Below are positions 12,001 through 24,346 of a DNA stretch of 64,000 nt, one piece after another. A program made the translations under genes and the position numbers. The first letter of the stretch is position 1. Every line of letters begins with the position of its first letter. Under the pieces are notes generated by a model. That model made no database searches. It was not told where the DNA came from and saw nothing but the letters and a program-made list of their open reading frames with translations. This DNA is from Octopus vulgaris (Eukaryota). The DNA lies in contig OX597816.1 in NCBI GenBank assembly GCA_951406725.2, positions 110,918,001-110,982,000 of the forward strand, written 5' to 3'.

Positions 12001-14346
12001 TGAAGTAAAGGTGACACACCCAATTACTAAGGGTTTAAGTACTGAACTTTGTAACTTTATGATTATGGTGAACTCAATTTTCATTGATTGTGATGATTCT
12101 GCTCTTCAATGTCGAGCAGATAGGATTTTTTAAAATTAAGTTGAATAGCAGTCAGATGATGAGAGACACACTGACCAAGATTCGACCATTTCTTCAATAT
12201 GTGCATAGCTTCTCCAGCTTTCTTTGGATTTCCCTTAATTACAGATTTCTGAATATATATGAATATATGTAAGGTTTATGTATTTGTTTTGCAAGATTCT
12301 TGATATTGGCAGACTTCATTCGTCCAGATCGAGTGGCGTATGTGAGAGAAAATGTCCCGGCGTGCAACCGACACAGAGAATGAACATTTCTTGCCGTTTC
12401 CATTGCTTAAGTGCCCCTTTTGAATCCATACATCATTCAGTGTATCATACATAGATTATCTAAACTCATTTTATAGGTTGATATCGATACAATTTTAACA
12501 GCTATTGTGTAAAAGTAATCAGTAAAGTGTATTACAATTATTTTACCGTAACTGTTAGAAATTACTCCCAAAGTGATCGTATCAAAAGTGCGACTGAACT
12601 TTCTTTCTAAGCTGATATATTTACCTGTAGTGACACTTGTAATCTTATAGTAGCTATATGCTTCCATTTGGCTGAATACACTGATATAAGCCTGTAATTA
12701 AACCTCTGAATTCTATAGAAATATTGTACTGTGAAGAACAGACTAACGATCATACAAAGTTCATTTTAATTGGTTTACATGCCCATACACATATTCATGA
12801 CCACACATAAACTTATGCATGAAGATACTAATACACACACAGTTATGCACAGATATAAGCACATATATGTTTGTGAGCATGTTTAAATAGCGATAAATTT
12901 ATGTACACACATATATTGATACTTGTATGAAACCATATACCGATGGGTGAATGCATAAATGATACAAATATTTGTTGCATCGTATTATTGCTAACATTTC
13001 TGTGTGAATTGTGTGTCTAGGTCATCAGAGTGTGTTATATGCAACCATTGCATGCTGCATGTGAACTGTCTATGCAGACAGACTGTGGAGCATGTCATTT
13101 GAAAAGAATTATTAGGTATATTGTTCACTGTATAAAACATAGATATATCTATCACAGTAAGCACGTGATGTGAAATATATTTGATATGACAACGATTTGG
13201 TAGGTGGTACTACAGAAGATATATGATATTTTAAAGCTGAGAAAACATATGTATTACATAAGAACGATTTTGCAAATCTCGTTCATGAGAAGAAATGAAT
13301 GGATATATTACATATAGAATCTACACGGAAAATTGTTATTTGCGTCTATCCTACTCATACCGCCAACGATGCAGTTGTGCGGTGATTGCATTATGTTTAA
13401 AGCAGTCGAGGAATTTGTAGATAACAGGAAGACAGTCTGTGTTATTAATAACTTTTTAACGATGTTAATAAGAGCTATACGTGTATGAATGTATATGTAG
13501 TAATTAATGATGCATACATATGGATGTGTAATTGTAAATGTTATATGTAGTTATTTGACATAATGGGCATTTGTGAGGGTGTTCTGAAATAATATATTTT
13601 CAGCGGGTGTTCTTTCTGATACAACCGATTTCATTGTTATGCGTACTATGATATACATAACGTACGAAGCCTTTCTAAGCCAACGCCCATTGCTTTATAA
13701 TACTAGTTTCGTACAGATGAATATATATGAATATATGTAAGGTTTATGTATTTGTTTTGCAAGATTCTTGATGTTAAACTCGTTGCAGAAACAGATATTG
13801 TTATATCTAGGGACGGTCATTTATCATTAAAAGGACGCACTATTTATTTGGTCTTCACTTATTATTATTATTGCTGTTGTTAGTATTATTGTTGTTGTTA
13901 TTACTATTATTATAATTGTTGTTGTCATTATTACTATTATTATTATTATTTACTATTTATTTTTTTCACTTTTAAACTTCATGTTTGTTACTATCACTGC
14001 CAAGACACACCCAGAATCCTGGGGCGAGTAAAGTATAAGAGATGTTAACGTATGAGTGAAAGCTTGGAGAGGGCAAGTGACAACGGCAGTAGCGAAATAT
14101 CTTCATGTAATACAACGTGAAAATCCTTTACAGATATATTTTTAACATTGGGAACACTTACATCTATTAGACAACATGTGTTTTCTTCTCTATCTTTAAT
14201 AAGTATGCCTGGTCAATTACCTTGGATCGTTCTGTCAGTGTTGATTGGAAAATCTCAGAGGATAGCGACATTTTTACCCTCAATCACTGACTCGAGGTGA
14301 TGTTCATACTAGTAAGCAGGAGTGCTGATTTTGTAGTGTTTACATA

Positions 14347-15638
14347 CGAGGGGCGTTCAATAAGTAATGCCCCTGATCCACTTAAATTTGTTCGATCTAG
14401 CTGAAATTTTGCATGTGCAAGTATTTATACCTCTATAGATTAAGTGGCAAATTACAGCTCTAAACTAATTGTGGTTTCTGATTTACAGGAGTTTGAACTG
14501 AGTCAAGTGTGAAATGGAGTCTGTTGAATGTCGAGCAGTCATCCGGTTTTTGTATTTGAAAGGACGCACACCACGGGAGACTTTTAATGAAATGAAAGTA
14601 ACTTATTGTGATAATGCCCCATCATATGACCTTGTAAAACGCTGGCATCGTGAATTCAAACATGGTTGGAACTCTGTGGAAAGAGCTCCCAGATCTGGTC
14701 GCCTCCTTCTGCCATTGATGAGGCATCTGTCCGTCAAGTTGAGGCTGCCATTTTGGAAGATCGACGCATAACTATTCGTGAAATAGCCCATGAGGTCAAG
14801 ATTAGTACCGGGTCTGTGGAAACTATCATTCATGACCATTTGCATATGCAAAAGGTGTCTACCAGATGGATTCCCAGGTTGCTCACATCTTTCCAGAAGC
14901 AAGAACGCGTCGATTGCTCGAGGATGAATTTGGAGATGTGCCAAGAAGATGAGTCAAAATTTTTCAAAAGACTGATTACACAGGATGAAACCTGGGTCCA
15001 TCACTATGATCCAAAGACCAAAGCCCAGTCAATGCAGTGGAAGCACCGTGACTCTCCTCCTCCAAAGAAGGCAAGAGTGCAGCCCTCCGCTGGCAAGGTC
15101 ATGCTCACAGTCTTCTGGGACCAGGACGGAGTAGTGATGACAGATTTCCTGGCAAATGGTGCCACAATTACAGGAGCCTATTATGCTTCACTTTTGAGGA
15201 AATTAAGAGAAGCTATCAAAATCAAGAGGCGGGGCAAGATCAGCAAAGGCATCCTCCTCCTGCAGGACAACGCTCTGGTCCACAACTCGCATTTCGCCAG
15301 ATCAGAAGCACAGGCGTGCGGCTATGAACTCCTCCCCCATCCCCCCTGCTCTTCTGACCTTGCACCTTCGGATTTTCACCTCTTCCCAGCCATGAAGTTG
15401 TTTTTGAAAGGAAAGCGTTTCCCAGATGATGCAGCCTTGATTTCTGAAGACACGTCGTGGCTGGAGGACCAAGCTGGTGTCTTCTACAGAAACGGTCTTA
15501 AGAGCTGCATCAAACGATGGGAGAAATGTGTAACTCTGGATGGTTCCGATGTAGAAAAAGACTAATAACTGTGCCAAGTTTCGTTGTTCTACTGCTATGG
15601 GAAGTGGGTCAGAGGCATTACTTATTGAACACCCCTCG
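14347..15638 (+). mobile_element. full-length mariner transposon (1292 bp), irritans/Bytmar-like
   Basis: 37-bp TIRs at 14347-14383 and 15602-15638 with 3 mismatches. TA target duplication at 14345-14346 and 15639-15640. Confidence 0.95.
14514..15565 (+). pseudogene. mariner D,D34D transposase with one frameshift near 14703
   Basis: ORF 14514 (MESVECRAVIRFLYLKG..APRSGR) continues in the frame of ORF 14666-15565 with WIPRLL, TQDETW, LLQDNA and HPPCSSDLAPSDF. There are 34 residues between the second and third Asp. Confidence 0.92.
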
Positions 15639-16514
15639 TATTTTCCAATGTAAATACTGTAAATACTCCAGTGGCGATTTTTGTATACGTTTGGTGTCAG
15701 CACATGACACCCCGAGACAAGATGATCGATTGTTTCTTCAAATGCGTCACATAATCTACTTTTAGAGTCAGAACCGTGTTGAAGAACGTTAGACTGGTAG
15801 TTTTTGAAAGCAATCTTTGATCTTGTGCCGCCAATATGAAACCTTCAGCCTCTGCTTTCAGTCCTCAACTTCTCTGCTATTAATGCGTTGTTGCCTAGTC
15901 TACGTCAGCATTTCGACTTCGAAATGTACAATGTCGATGCAGAGCTTCTGGTTTCACCATTCCTCAATTTGTTTCTCTCGGTTTTTTTTTTTTGCACTCT
16001 GCTTGATCCACTTTGCTTGTTTTGTGGCAGTGGTCGCAGGTTTTCAACTATTTCAAGTTTAATGCCAAGTTCCCTTGGGAATTTGCAAGCTTCCTTGACA
16101 ATATAATGTGGTGTTTTGGTTCTTTCGTGTTTGCACGCAAGCCGCACCATCCAGAACTCTGTACTAGATAAGTAACTGCTCTTTGCTATTGTGGAGGTCT
16201 TATAGCATAGATCGACATGCATCATTCCTCTTCTCCCATTACTTCTATGTAGGTACAGACGATCAATGTCTGCTTTTGGGTGGCACATGTTCTTAGATGT
16301 TAGTACTTTCCTTGTCTTTCTGTCCAGGCAGCGCCGTAAGATTCCAGTTGATGATGTTATGACTATATTGGACTAATAGAAGGGCCAGGATGTTAATGGC
16401 TTCGATACGGTGTCAGTTGGGTTCAGTTTTTAGTATGAGTTTTATTCTCTTGTACTACTACTTATTTCTTCCTTCATAGTAGCATGTATATCATTTCCTT
16501 TGCTTATCCCCAGG

Positions 16515-16515
<1 letters not shown>

Positions 16516-16586
<71 letters not shown>
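16516..16586. repeat. (TTA)n microsatellite
   Basis: Direct reading. Confidence 0.95.
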
Positions 16587-16588
<2 letters not shown>

Positions 16589-16959
16589 TTGCTGTTTTCG
16601 AACGCTCCATGTCAGTTCAGTTCAAAATATTTTTTACACCAGGATTCTTGTCTTTTTGCTATAATCATTTTATTCTAAATTATGAGCAGAAACACCAGGA
16701 ACCTATCACTTATTTTCTATGGTTGGTTAGCCCTAGAGGGGCAATATTTGGCCAATCTAATAGTTTCGGTGTATATTAATTTAATTATATCAAATACAAC
16801 TAAGCAAGATGGCAGAGCGCGTCTTGAAAGAGTTCTGAGAAAAGAGCAGATCCCCTTCCATAAATCTGACAACCGTTGAAGACTTCCCCACTTCCCTCTC
16901 TTATTGGCAGCAATACAGAGGAAGGGGAAGAGAAAAACGAGAGAGTACAAAGTCCAACC

Positions 16960-17255
16960 TGCAACAATAGTAGTACCAGTGATAGCAACAGCGGTAACAA
17001 TGACAAAAACAGCAGCCGCAACAGTGATAGTTGCTGCAGTAGTAGTAGTAACAGTAACAATATCAACGAAACAGACTACAACTGCAGTAGCAATAACAAT
17101 AACAACAACAAAAATGATAGCAAAGTGACAACAGCAACAGCTACAAAACCAATACCAACAATATCGAAATTACCAACAACAACGGCAACAGCAACAGCAA
17201 CAAACAACAACGAAAACATTACCAACAACAAAAACACGTTCGCGACAGCAATAGT
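16960..17255. repeat. degenerate (AAC/AGC/AGT)n low-complexity tract
   Basis: Direct reading; explains the N/S/T-rich spurious ORFs. Confidence 0.8.
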
Positions 17256-17339
17256 TGCGAAGAGCAAAAGAATGCATTACCGTAGACCTTATAAATAGGG
17301 ACAGAGCATGGAAAGTGATAAAACAAGAGAACACTTGGG

Positions 17340-17740
17340 CCAGTTTCACATTTCCATCAGAGCGGAGACAAACAAAATGCCGTTTAGTACTTTGTCAGGC
17401 GTTTTATTGATTCTACCAGTTAATCGCATTAAGAACAATGATAATCATTTTTACAATAGGCCTATACCCTGAAATTTGTAGGGAGGAGGGAAGCCAATTA
17501 CATCGAATCCAATCTTCCACTGGTACGTAACATATGAATAGTGAAAGGAGTTCATATGTTAAGTACAACCAGGGAGGAGTTCAGTCTACCTCAGTACTCA
17601 AAGTGTACTAATTTTATCGAGCGCGAAACGATGGAAAGTGAAGTCAACCTTACAGAATTTTAAATTCGGAACGCAATGAGTCGGAAGAAATGCCGCTAAA
17701 CATTTTGTCCCCTAAGCATTCTGACAGTTCCTTGCCTTAA
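17340..17740 (-). mobile_element. two adjacent degenerate family-A SINE copies
   Basis: aattttatcgagcgcgaaacgatggaaagtgaagtcaacc and gaaatgccgctaaacattttgtcc match family A. Both heads are followed by ttaagaacaatga(t/c)aat. Confidence 0.6.
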
Positions 17741-20700
17741 GAACAATGACAATTATGAATCCTAATATTAGCAGAGTGTGGTCAGAATCGACATCTTGTT
17801 GTTTGAGTTGACGATGATAATAGTCATTCCAGCTGTGATTATACAATTTATATTTACAATCAAATATTTTCAAAAATTCATTCTTTATTAAATAAGTTAG
17901 GATTTAAGCGTTTTAGCAATTATTTCTAGGAATATAAGTATAGGTTATCCGGTCGGATTATGTAAAGAGGTTTCATTTATTAATAGAAAAATTTATTACA
18001 TAACGCAATAAAGCTTTCACCCGTTTTAATAATTGAAATGATGTCTGTATTTGTCCTTTCATTTGATATATCACCATGCAAGTTTCCGATGGCCCAGCTA
18101 TGACAAATAATATTAAAAAATATTAATCATTTTACTTTGCAGCAAATTATAGTTCACATTGATTTTGTAAGAAAGTCAATAAATTTGTAAAAGCGCTCGC
18201 AAAGCCAGTATGCTCCAATATTGATAGAGTTACACATTTATCATCAGCAACCGGAGAATAATGTGGTGACTCGATCTGTATGAAATATCAAACACACCAA
18301 CTTGAAATCACATCTTAGCCTCTTTAAAAAGAATAACCTAGCCCGATGTTTATTAGGCCAATGAAAACAATGGATCGTATCTGATCAATCGACAAATATT
18401 GAATTAAACAACAAGAACAAACAACATTTAATATCTGTGTTACAATTCTGGAGTGAGAATACCTGCTTTACAATTTATGAAGTCTAATTATTTTTCGAAC
18501 TGACATTATCTTTACTCGTGGATGTTTTCTCATAAAATTCGTATTTTTCATCAAACCCTCATTGGAATTCCTTTATCGGATGCATAATGCAATCATTCTG
18601 CATCCCACAAAACAGTAGTTTCCTGTTCATGATAGAAAAGAGAAATTGACTATAGGCCAGCATTTTTTCTTGTTTTTCAAACTGATAAATGTAAACAAAC
18701 AGTTTTTGCAAAGATACCATACTTAATATAAACATAACACTTTGTACAATCAACTATATTACAGCTGATGGCGAACGAGTGAACGGTTATTAATTATTGA
18801 AACAACATGAGTACCACGTAGACTGGATTTGTCAAATTTACATGCTTTCGATAACAGTAATTGCACCACCATGAATACAGAGCCATGGTGAAAGAGGACT
18901 TATTAATCAAAGAACTTGCATACGGTTTGCTATGTCACAATGCAATCAACTCTCTACTCGCTCTGCAAATGACACAAAACAAAATGAAAGTCGTATTCTG
19001 GGAATGATTCAAGCAATGATCCCCACTATTTTTCCTTGTGATGTGACAATTATATCTACGGAAAAAAATGAAATCTTCAACGAAATTATGGTAAGTTCAG
19101 AAAATTGGATTAAAATATGAGCAATGTAGTTCTCATAAAATAAATATTTAACAATTATCGAGTGTCCTTATTATAGATTTTATATTTAATATGTCACTGT
19201 TGTAAAAATTTTTAGTTTCCCAAGTTTTAATGAAGCAGTAAATACATTGCTCTTTCCCCTCCATTTTGTGTATTGTGTATATACATGTGCGTATGTGTGT
19301 AAGGCTTGTGCGTTTGTGTGTCTGTGTGCTCGTATAGGTATCTGCGTATATATATATATATATATATAGCTAATAATCTAACATCATGTACCAAACTAGA
19401 ATGATTTAATTTCATACACACACACGTGCGCGCACACACACAAACACAGACACACACACACATACACACACACAGATATGTATATATACTTCGGTAGGTT
19501 TTGAAATTCAGACACATACACACACGCGCAGGCACACAATCATAAATAAGGTATATAAATATATATATCACACACAAACATCAGAAATTCAAATATCCTT
19601 TTGATATACCTTTGTCAAGATCCCAACATTTGACTCTACTGGGGACTTAATTACATATATCAAAAATCAATATATAAAAACAGATATTATTTGATATTCA
19701 GAAATGTTCAAATAATACCAACATTTATGAAAGTTGTTGTGATCACCATCATCGCCACCACGATTGTCACAATAAATTAAAAAGATAAAAAGAATTTGAG
19801 AACCCCAGTTAAACAATAAATTTATTCCTGTTTATCATTGACTTCATGTTTTGCTATCAGAATTTTTTATACCATCTGTCATTATCTGATCTAGACTGAC
19901 ATGCTTGACCTAAACAGGATAATTTGTCTTTCTAGTGAAATATGTCAATAAATTTTGTTTACACATGAAATATCAAAGAACGTATTCAACCAAAGAGTTC
20001 ATGTCAAACCTATTATATTCTCTTTCGATAAGAACATATTCCTTGGACTCCAATTCTTTAACATCCATTTGCTTCACACAATTTTTCCATTTCACCATCG
20101 TTTTAAAAATTTTGTTGTAATTGTTTCTTTTAGCCTTTGTTTTACCAAAACCAAAACTTTTCCTAGACACATGAGCTTTATTTCATATATACATTTTCCC
20201 CTACGTTGATAAGGTAAAGAGAAGAACATGATGTAATACAAAAATGAATGCATATTCCCTGCACATTGACTATCAATACCAGCACAATAGTCCCCAGAGA
20301 TAATATAATCTGCAAGGGTTTAAGCAACCATAATGATCACGTCCACGGTATTGTGCACGAGCTATGCAACCATTTAGAAAATTGAAGATGGCGATAATGC
20401 GGAGAAACGATTATCACACCAGGGAATTAGTTTCGCAGCTTCCTCTAAATTCACTCCCAAACCTTTACAAATCTAACATAAAACTCTTTATGTTCATATT
20501 TAAAATGAATAGGTCAGCTGATAGGTTTTCTCCTTATGTTAAAGGTTACACTGAGGAAGCTTGCAGGCTATGACAAATCTGATGTCTATACAAATATGTT
20601 ATATAATAAAAAAAAACATTGCGATGAGAAAATTTAACAAGCCAGTAAGATAATCTCTACGAGTTAAAAACAGAATATTGTTCAAATTACACCAAGTTGC

Positions 20701-21211
20701 ACAGAGCCTATCAGAAAGACGGACTAGTTATAATTAGAACAATTCTCATCAGATGACATTTGGATTAGGAAGGCTGTACTAACATAAATTTAACATTAAC
20801 GACAAAAGCAAACTTTTCAATACGCCAACGTCAGTGTGTAAGTATATGTTGGATTACTAACAGGAAATAGCAGATATATCGCACTAGAACCGTCTTAAAA
20901 ATACGTTAGATCATGTATTCCGAGATATATTATTGCTGAAATAAAACATGAATGCTGAAATATATTTGACCATAGCTGTGCGCAATCAAGGATGAACGAA
21001 GTGGTGAAACAAAGTCAATAATATATAAAAACTAGACAGAAGCTAATAATTTTAAAACATGTTGTCAAATAATTTCTCTCTCTTATCGATGGCATTCACA
21101 AATGAAACGAATGTAATGCATATTCAACAGGTACCATTTGATTTATTTTTAAGTCACATAAAAATTGCATAGTGTAAAATAGTGAGTGAAATTAGCTAAA
21201 AATAGATAATA

Positions 21212-21426
21212 ATATTCTGTTGTATTTGGGGAGGGTCATTTTCTTTTTGTGCCTTATAATTTAACACACTCACCGATAAACTTGCCACTAATTCCTTGTT
21301 GAAATTTTACTGGCGATTGTGTTAAATTATAAGGCACAAAAAGAAAATGACTCTCCTCAGACACAACAGAATATGCTTCAACACACGGACTCACATAAAG
21401 AATCGTGCAAACCAAATCCAAAAACT
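21212..21426. mobile_element. short fold-back insertion with a 12-bp flanking direct repeat
   Basis: Arms ~21212-21282 and ~21302-21374 are reverse complements. aaatagataata occurs at 21200-21211 and 21427-21438. Confidence 0.65.
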
Positions 21427-21637
21427 AAATAGATAATACTAGCTCTTATTTAAAATAGACAAAATTATCCCCTAGGAAAAGCTTAAGGACAACAATATAA
21501 TTGCATTCTTAATTCTTTTATAGGCTTCATTGTGAATTTCTTACGTAGTATATTATAACACTGTATCAATCAGAGAAGCAAAAGCCCTTCTCTTGCCAGT
21601 TTGGTATGACTAAAGAAAGGTAATGTAGAATATACTA

Positions 21638-22420
21638 CAGAGAGGCGTACAAAAAGTATCTCAGGTTGTGTAGCATAGTGTAAATACAGAAATAAATTTA
21701 CATACACCAAAGTAGACCTCAGCCTTTCGTTTGCAAGTTTCATTGTACTATTTCAACCGCTTGTAACTGCTGTTCAGAAGCCATGTGTAGTAATTTACAC
21801 GCTTGCTCGTGAAATCGACGTTTAATTGTTGTACACATCTGAAATGATATAGTTTCAAATTTAGACTTTTCAGCAACCGTTGACATGGCTTCCTCCTTAT
21901 ATGAGAACGCTGTGACATTTCACGAGTTGACTTCTTTGGACTTCGAGCAATCTTTTGGTGAATGTTCTGACAAACTTACGACGTTCGAACTGTAGGGTCC
22001 CTTTGTTTTGGGATGTTGTACACTGACCCTGTAGCGCGCCACATCTTAACCTACATTTGTATCGTTCACTTTGCCGGCATACATTTACCTGGAAACTTGA
22101 TTTCAGAAATTTCACGCATTTACTTAACAAAATATATCCTCACATACGCTTCTACAATCTCCTCTCTTTCCGCTACTGAGTATGTCATTTTACAGAGAAG
22201 GGAAGAGATGTTTATTCAATGCAAACTTACAATCAACAAATGTGGTGAAGTTGTAGTGCGGATAATATAGCAAATGGTGCGCCATATTTGTTCAGCAGTT
22301 ACAAGCTGTGTATATAACACAACAACACTTGCAAACGAAAGGTGATTTTTCGGGTGTAAATTTACTTCTGTGCTTACACTATGCCACGGAACCCGGGCTA
22401 CATTTTTGTGCGACACCCTT
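21638..22420 (-). mobile_element. internally deleted Tc1/mariner-superfamily element with a DUF4817-type HTH
   Basis: Degenerate TIRs TA|cagagaggcgtacaaaaagta and TA|aagggtgtcgcacaaaaatgta. Minus translation from 22188 reads MTYSVAEREEIVEAY...KFPGKCMPAK*TIQM*VKMWRATGSVYNIPKQRDPTVRT...IARSPKKSTR. Confidence 0.7.
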
Positions 22421-23130
22421 TAGGACCAAGCATTTATTTCATAAGGGACTAGTTAACTTAAAATATTACTAATTATAACATGCAATGTAATTTCTGTAAA
22501 TAGCAGATATTCAATTTCCTTCTATTAATTCATTCTACAAAATGAAATCCTTGAATTAATCTATATCCATCAACTTATACACATCTTTAAATGCCAAGGA
22601 TGAAGTATCGTTGTGGTCATTTGATCAGCTAAAAATACCATCTAAATATCCAAACAAGCATATATGCATCATCTCACGATATAGGTTTATAAAATACTAA
22701 GTTACATTGGATAATATAATATTAGATAATATTCCAAATATCAAAACCTACACGCTTGAACAGGACTGATCACAACTGTACACGATCTGCGCAGACATTG
22801 CCGTAAGCGACAAGAGCGATAAAATTTCTGAAACAAAAAGTCAAGCAAATAGGCGGTGGTGCAGTGGTTGACATGAAATAATAGATGATACCACACTATT
22901 CTATATAACAAATTGCATTTTTATTATGCAGAAACTGAATCTTTAAGATCGCATATTATGTAAATATGGAAAAGCTATCAGTGGTATATTGTCATTGATA
23001 AATGCGTTTATAATGTTTCAGACTCGTTATTGAAAAATAATTTGTGTACTTTAATCTGGAATCGTCATGCGTGATCGCAGGCACGTTAGTTGCATGCTGA
23101 CATTCATTCGTACATATATACATACGTATA

Positions 23131-23205
<75 letters not shown>

Positions 23206-23294
23206 GAAGAAAATTATTCTGAGCGGTAAAAGTAATCATAAAAAGTCAAGCACGAAGTAAGGATAGATACGTCGGACTACTTAATACTGATAAA

Positions 23295-23591
23295 TATATC
23301 TCACTAAAAACAACATGGTATCGGTTTCCCATCCCTATTTGCCAGATTTAGCACCTGTGGACTTCCACCTCTTCCTCAAGATGAAAATGCAGCTCAAAGG
23401 TCGCCTTTTTAACATCCTCTACTCACTTAGGGAAAACGAGTTCCAGGCTGGATTCTAAAACTGGTAGGAATGATGGAACCGGTTTATTGTCGTGCAAGGT
23501 AATTATTTCGAAGAAGATGATGCTAAGCTTAGGTAAATATGTTATTTTGTATTAAACGTAATTAATCCGAGAACTTTTCGATACCACCTTG
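23295..23591 (+). mobile_element. mariner 3' fragment
   Basis: HPYLPDLAPVDFHLFLKMKMQLKGR ... WNRFIVVQGNYFEED, ending in TIR-like gaacttttcgataccaccttg|TA. Confidence 0.8.
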
Positions 23592-23977
23592 TATTACGTA
23601 CCTACCTATCTTAAAAATTGCCTTCATATGCCATGCAAGAAATATTCATGAAATAGAGTCTACGTAAAAGACAGAATGTCTCAGTTGACAATGAAGTTAT
23701 GTTATACAAATCTAATTCGAACACATAAGCCACTTTATTGTTATCTTTGAGAATGCATCCACTACATACTATTTTCTCCTAAAGGCTGCTGCAAGTTGCC
23801 AGACCAACCTAGAAGAAAATAAAGTAGCCACTCCAATCTAGAAGAAAATAAAGAAACAGTGAAAATATATTGATCACTAGGAATTGGAAGAATATATGTG
23901 GAACTGATGCATAAATAAAAACTATAAAGGAATACACACACAGAAAACAAATTAAAACGCAATAAACATATCTTTGT

Positions 23978-24346
23978 CTAGGTGACAAAATAAAATTGTT
24001 CCGTGATCGAAATCAGCTGTCTAATTAACATCAATGTGGTAAAAACAATACCTGTACGAATCCAAAAACGAGTTTCTACTTTATTCCTTTTATTATTGGA
24101 GTAACGGGGTGTGTACAGTCCAGCTGGATCGGTTCGCGTTTCAGTCTGTATCCTTGGCAAAATAACATTATAAATTTTCATAAAATTCTTACGACATGAA
24201 GTTGGAATATTTGAGAAACAATAATGAAACGAATAATATAACTTATTCGCACAAAATATATTTTCTCTTGAACCACTCCTCTTAAAAGTTAGTTCGTCAA
24301 AATAAATTCTTGGATACAACAAGAAAATATAGATATATTCAAACAA
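23978..24346 (-). CDS. candidate exon (~24053-24309) of an unknown Cys-containing protein
   Basis: Non-repetitive 122-aa open frame bounded internally by acceptor ttttcttgttgtatccaag and donor cag|gtattg. No recognisable homology. Confidence 0.2.
   Translation of the reverse strand: MFEYIYIFLLYPRIYFDELTFKRSGSRENIFCANKLYYSFHYCFSNIPTSCRKNFMKIYNVILPRIQTETRTDPAGLYTPRYSNNKRNKVETRFWIRTGIVFTTLMLIRQLISITEQFYFVT

Larger units (their letters stand above)
14120..16515 (-). mobile_element. R4/Dong-clade non-LTR retrotransposon, truncated and split by a mariner
   Basis: Minus-strand translation shows HPKADIDRLYL.RSNGRRG, GLKAEAEGFILAAQDQ and a zinc-knuckle RLCDAFEETIDHLVSGC. YLHWKI|CKHYKI runs across the mariner, followed by the RLE endonuclease IL*DFPINTDRTIQGN*PGILIKDREENTCCLIDVSVP. 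The 5' end abuts (TAA)n. Confidence 0.85.

Noticed and set aside
14603-15703. Antisense ORFs 14603-14944 and 15302-15703
   Set aside because: Shadows of the mariner transposase; the second begins in the flanking LINE.
16876-17298. 140-aa N/S/T-rich ORF resembling a mucin or low-complexity protein
   Set aside because: Degenerate trinucleotide repeat open in several frames and both strands; no domain or splice support.
18881-19090. Plus-strand open frame ending at an ATG|GTAAGT donor
   Set aside because: No convincing acceptor, no compatible downstream exon, no recognisable motif.
20720-20756. Minus-strand CUGAUGA GAAUUG uuc UAAUU AUAACUAGUC
   Set aside because: GAAA and helix I are missing; too degenerate to call.
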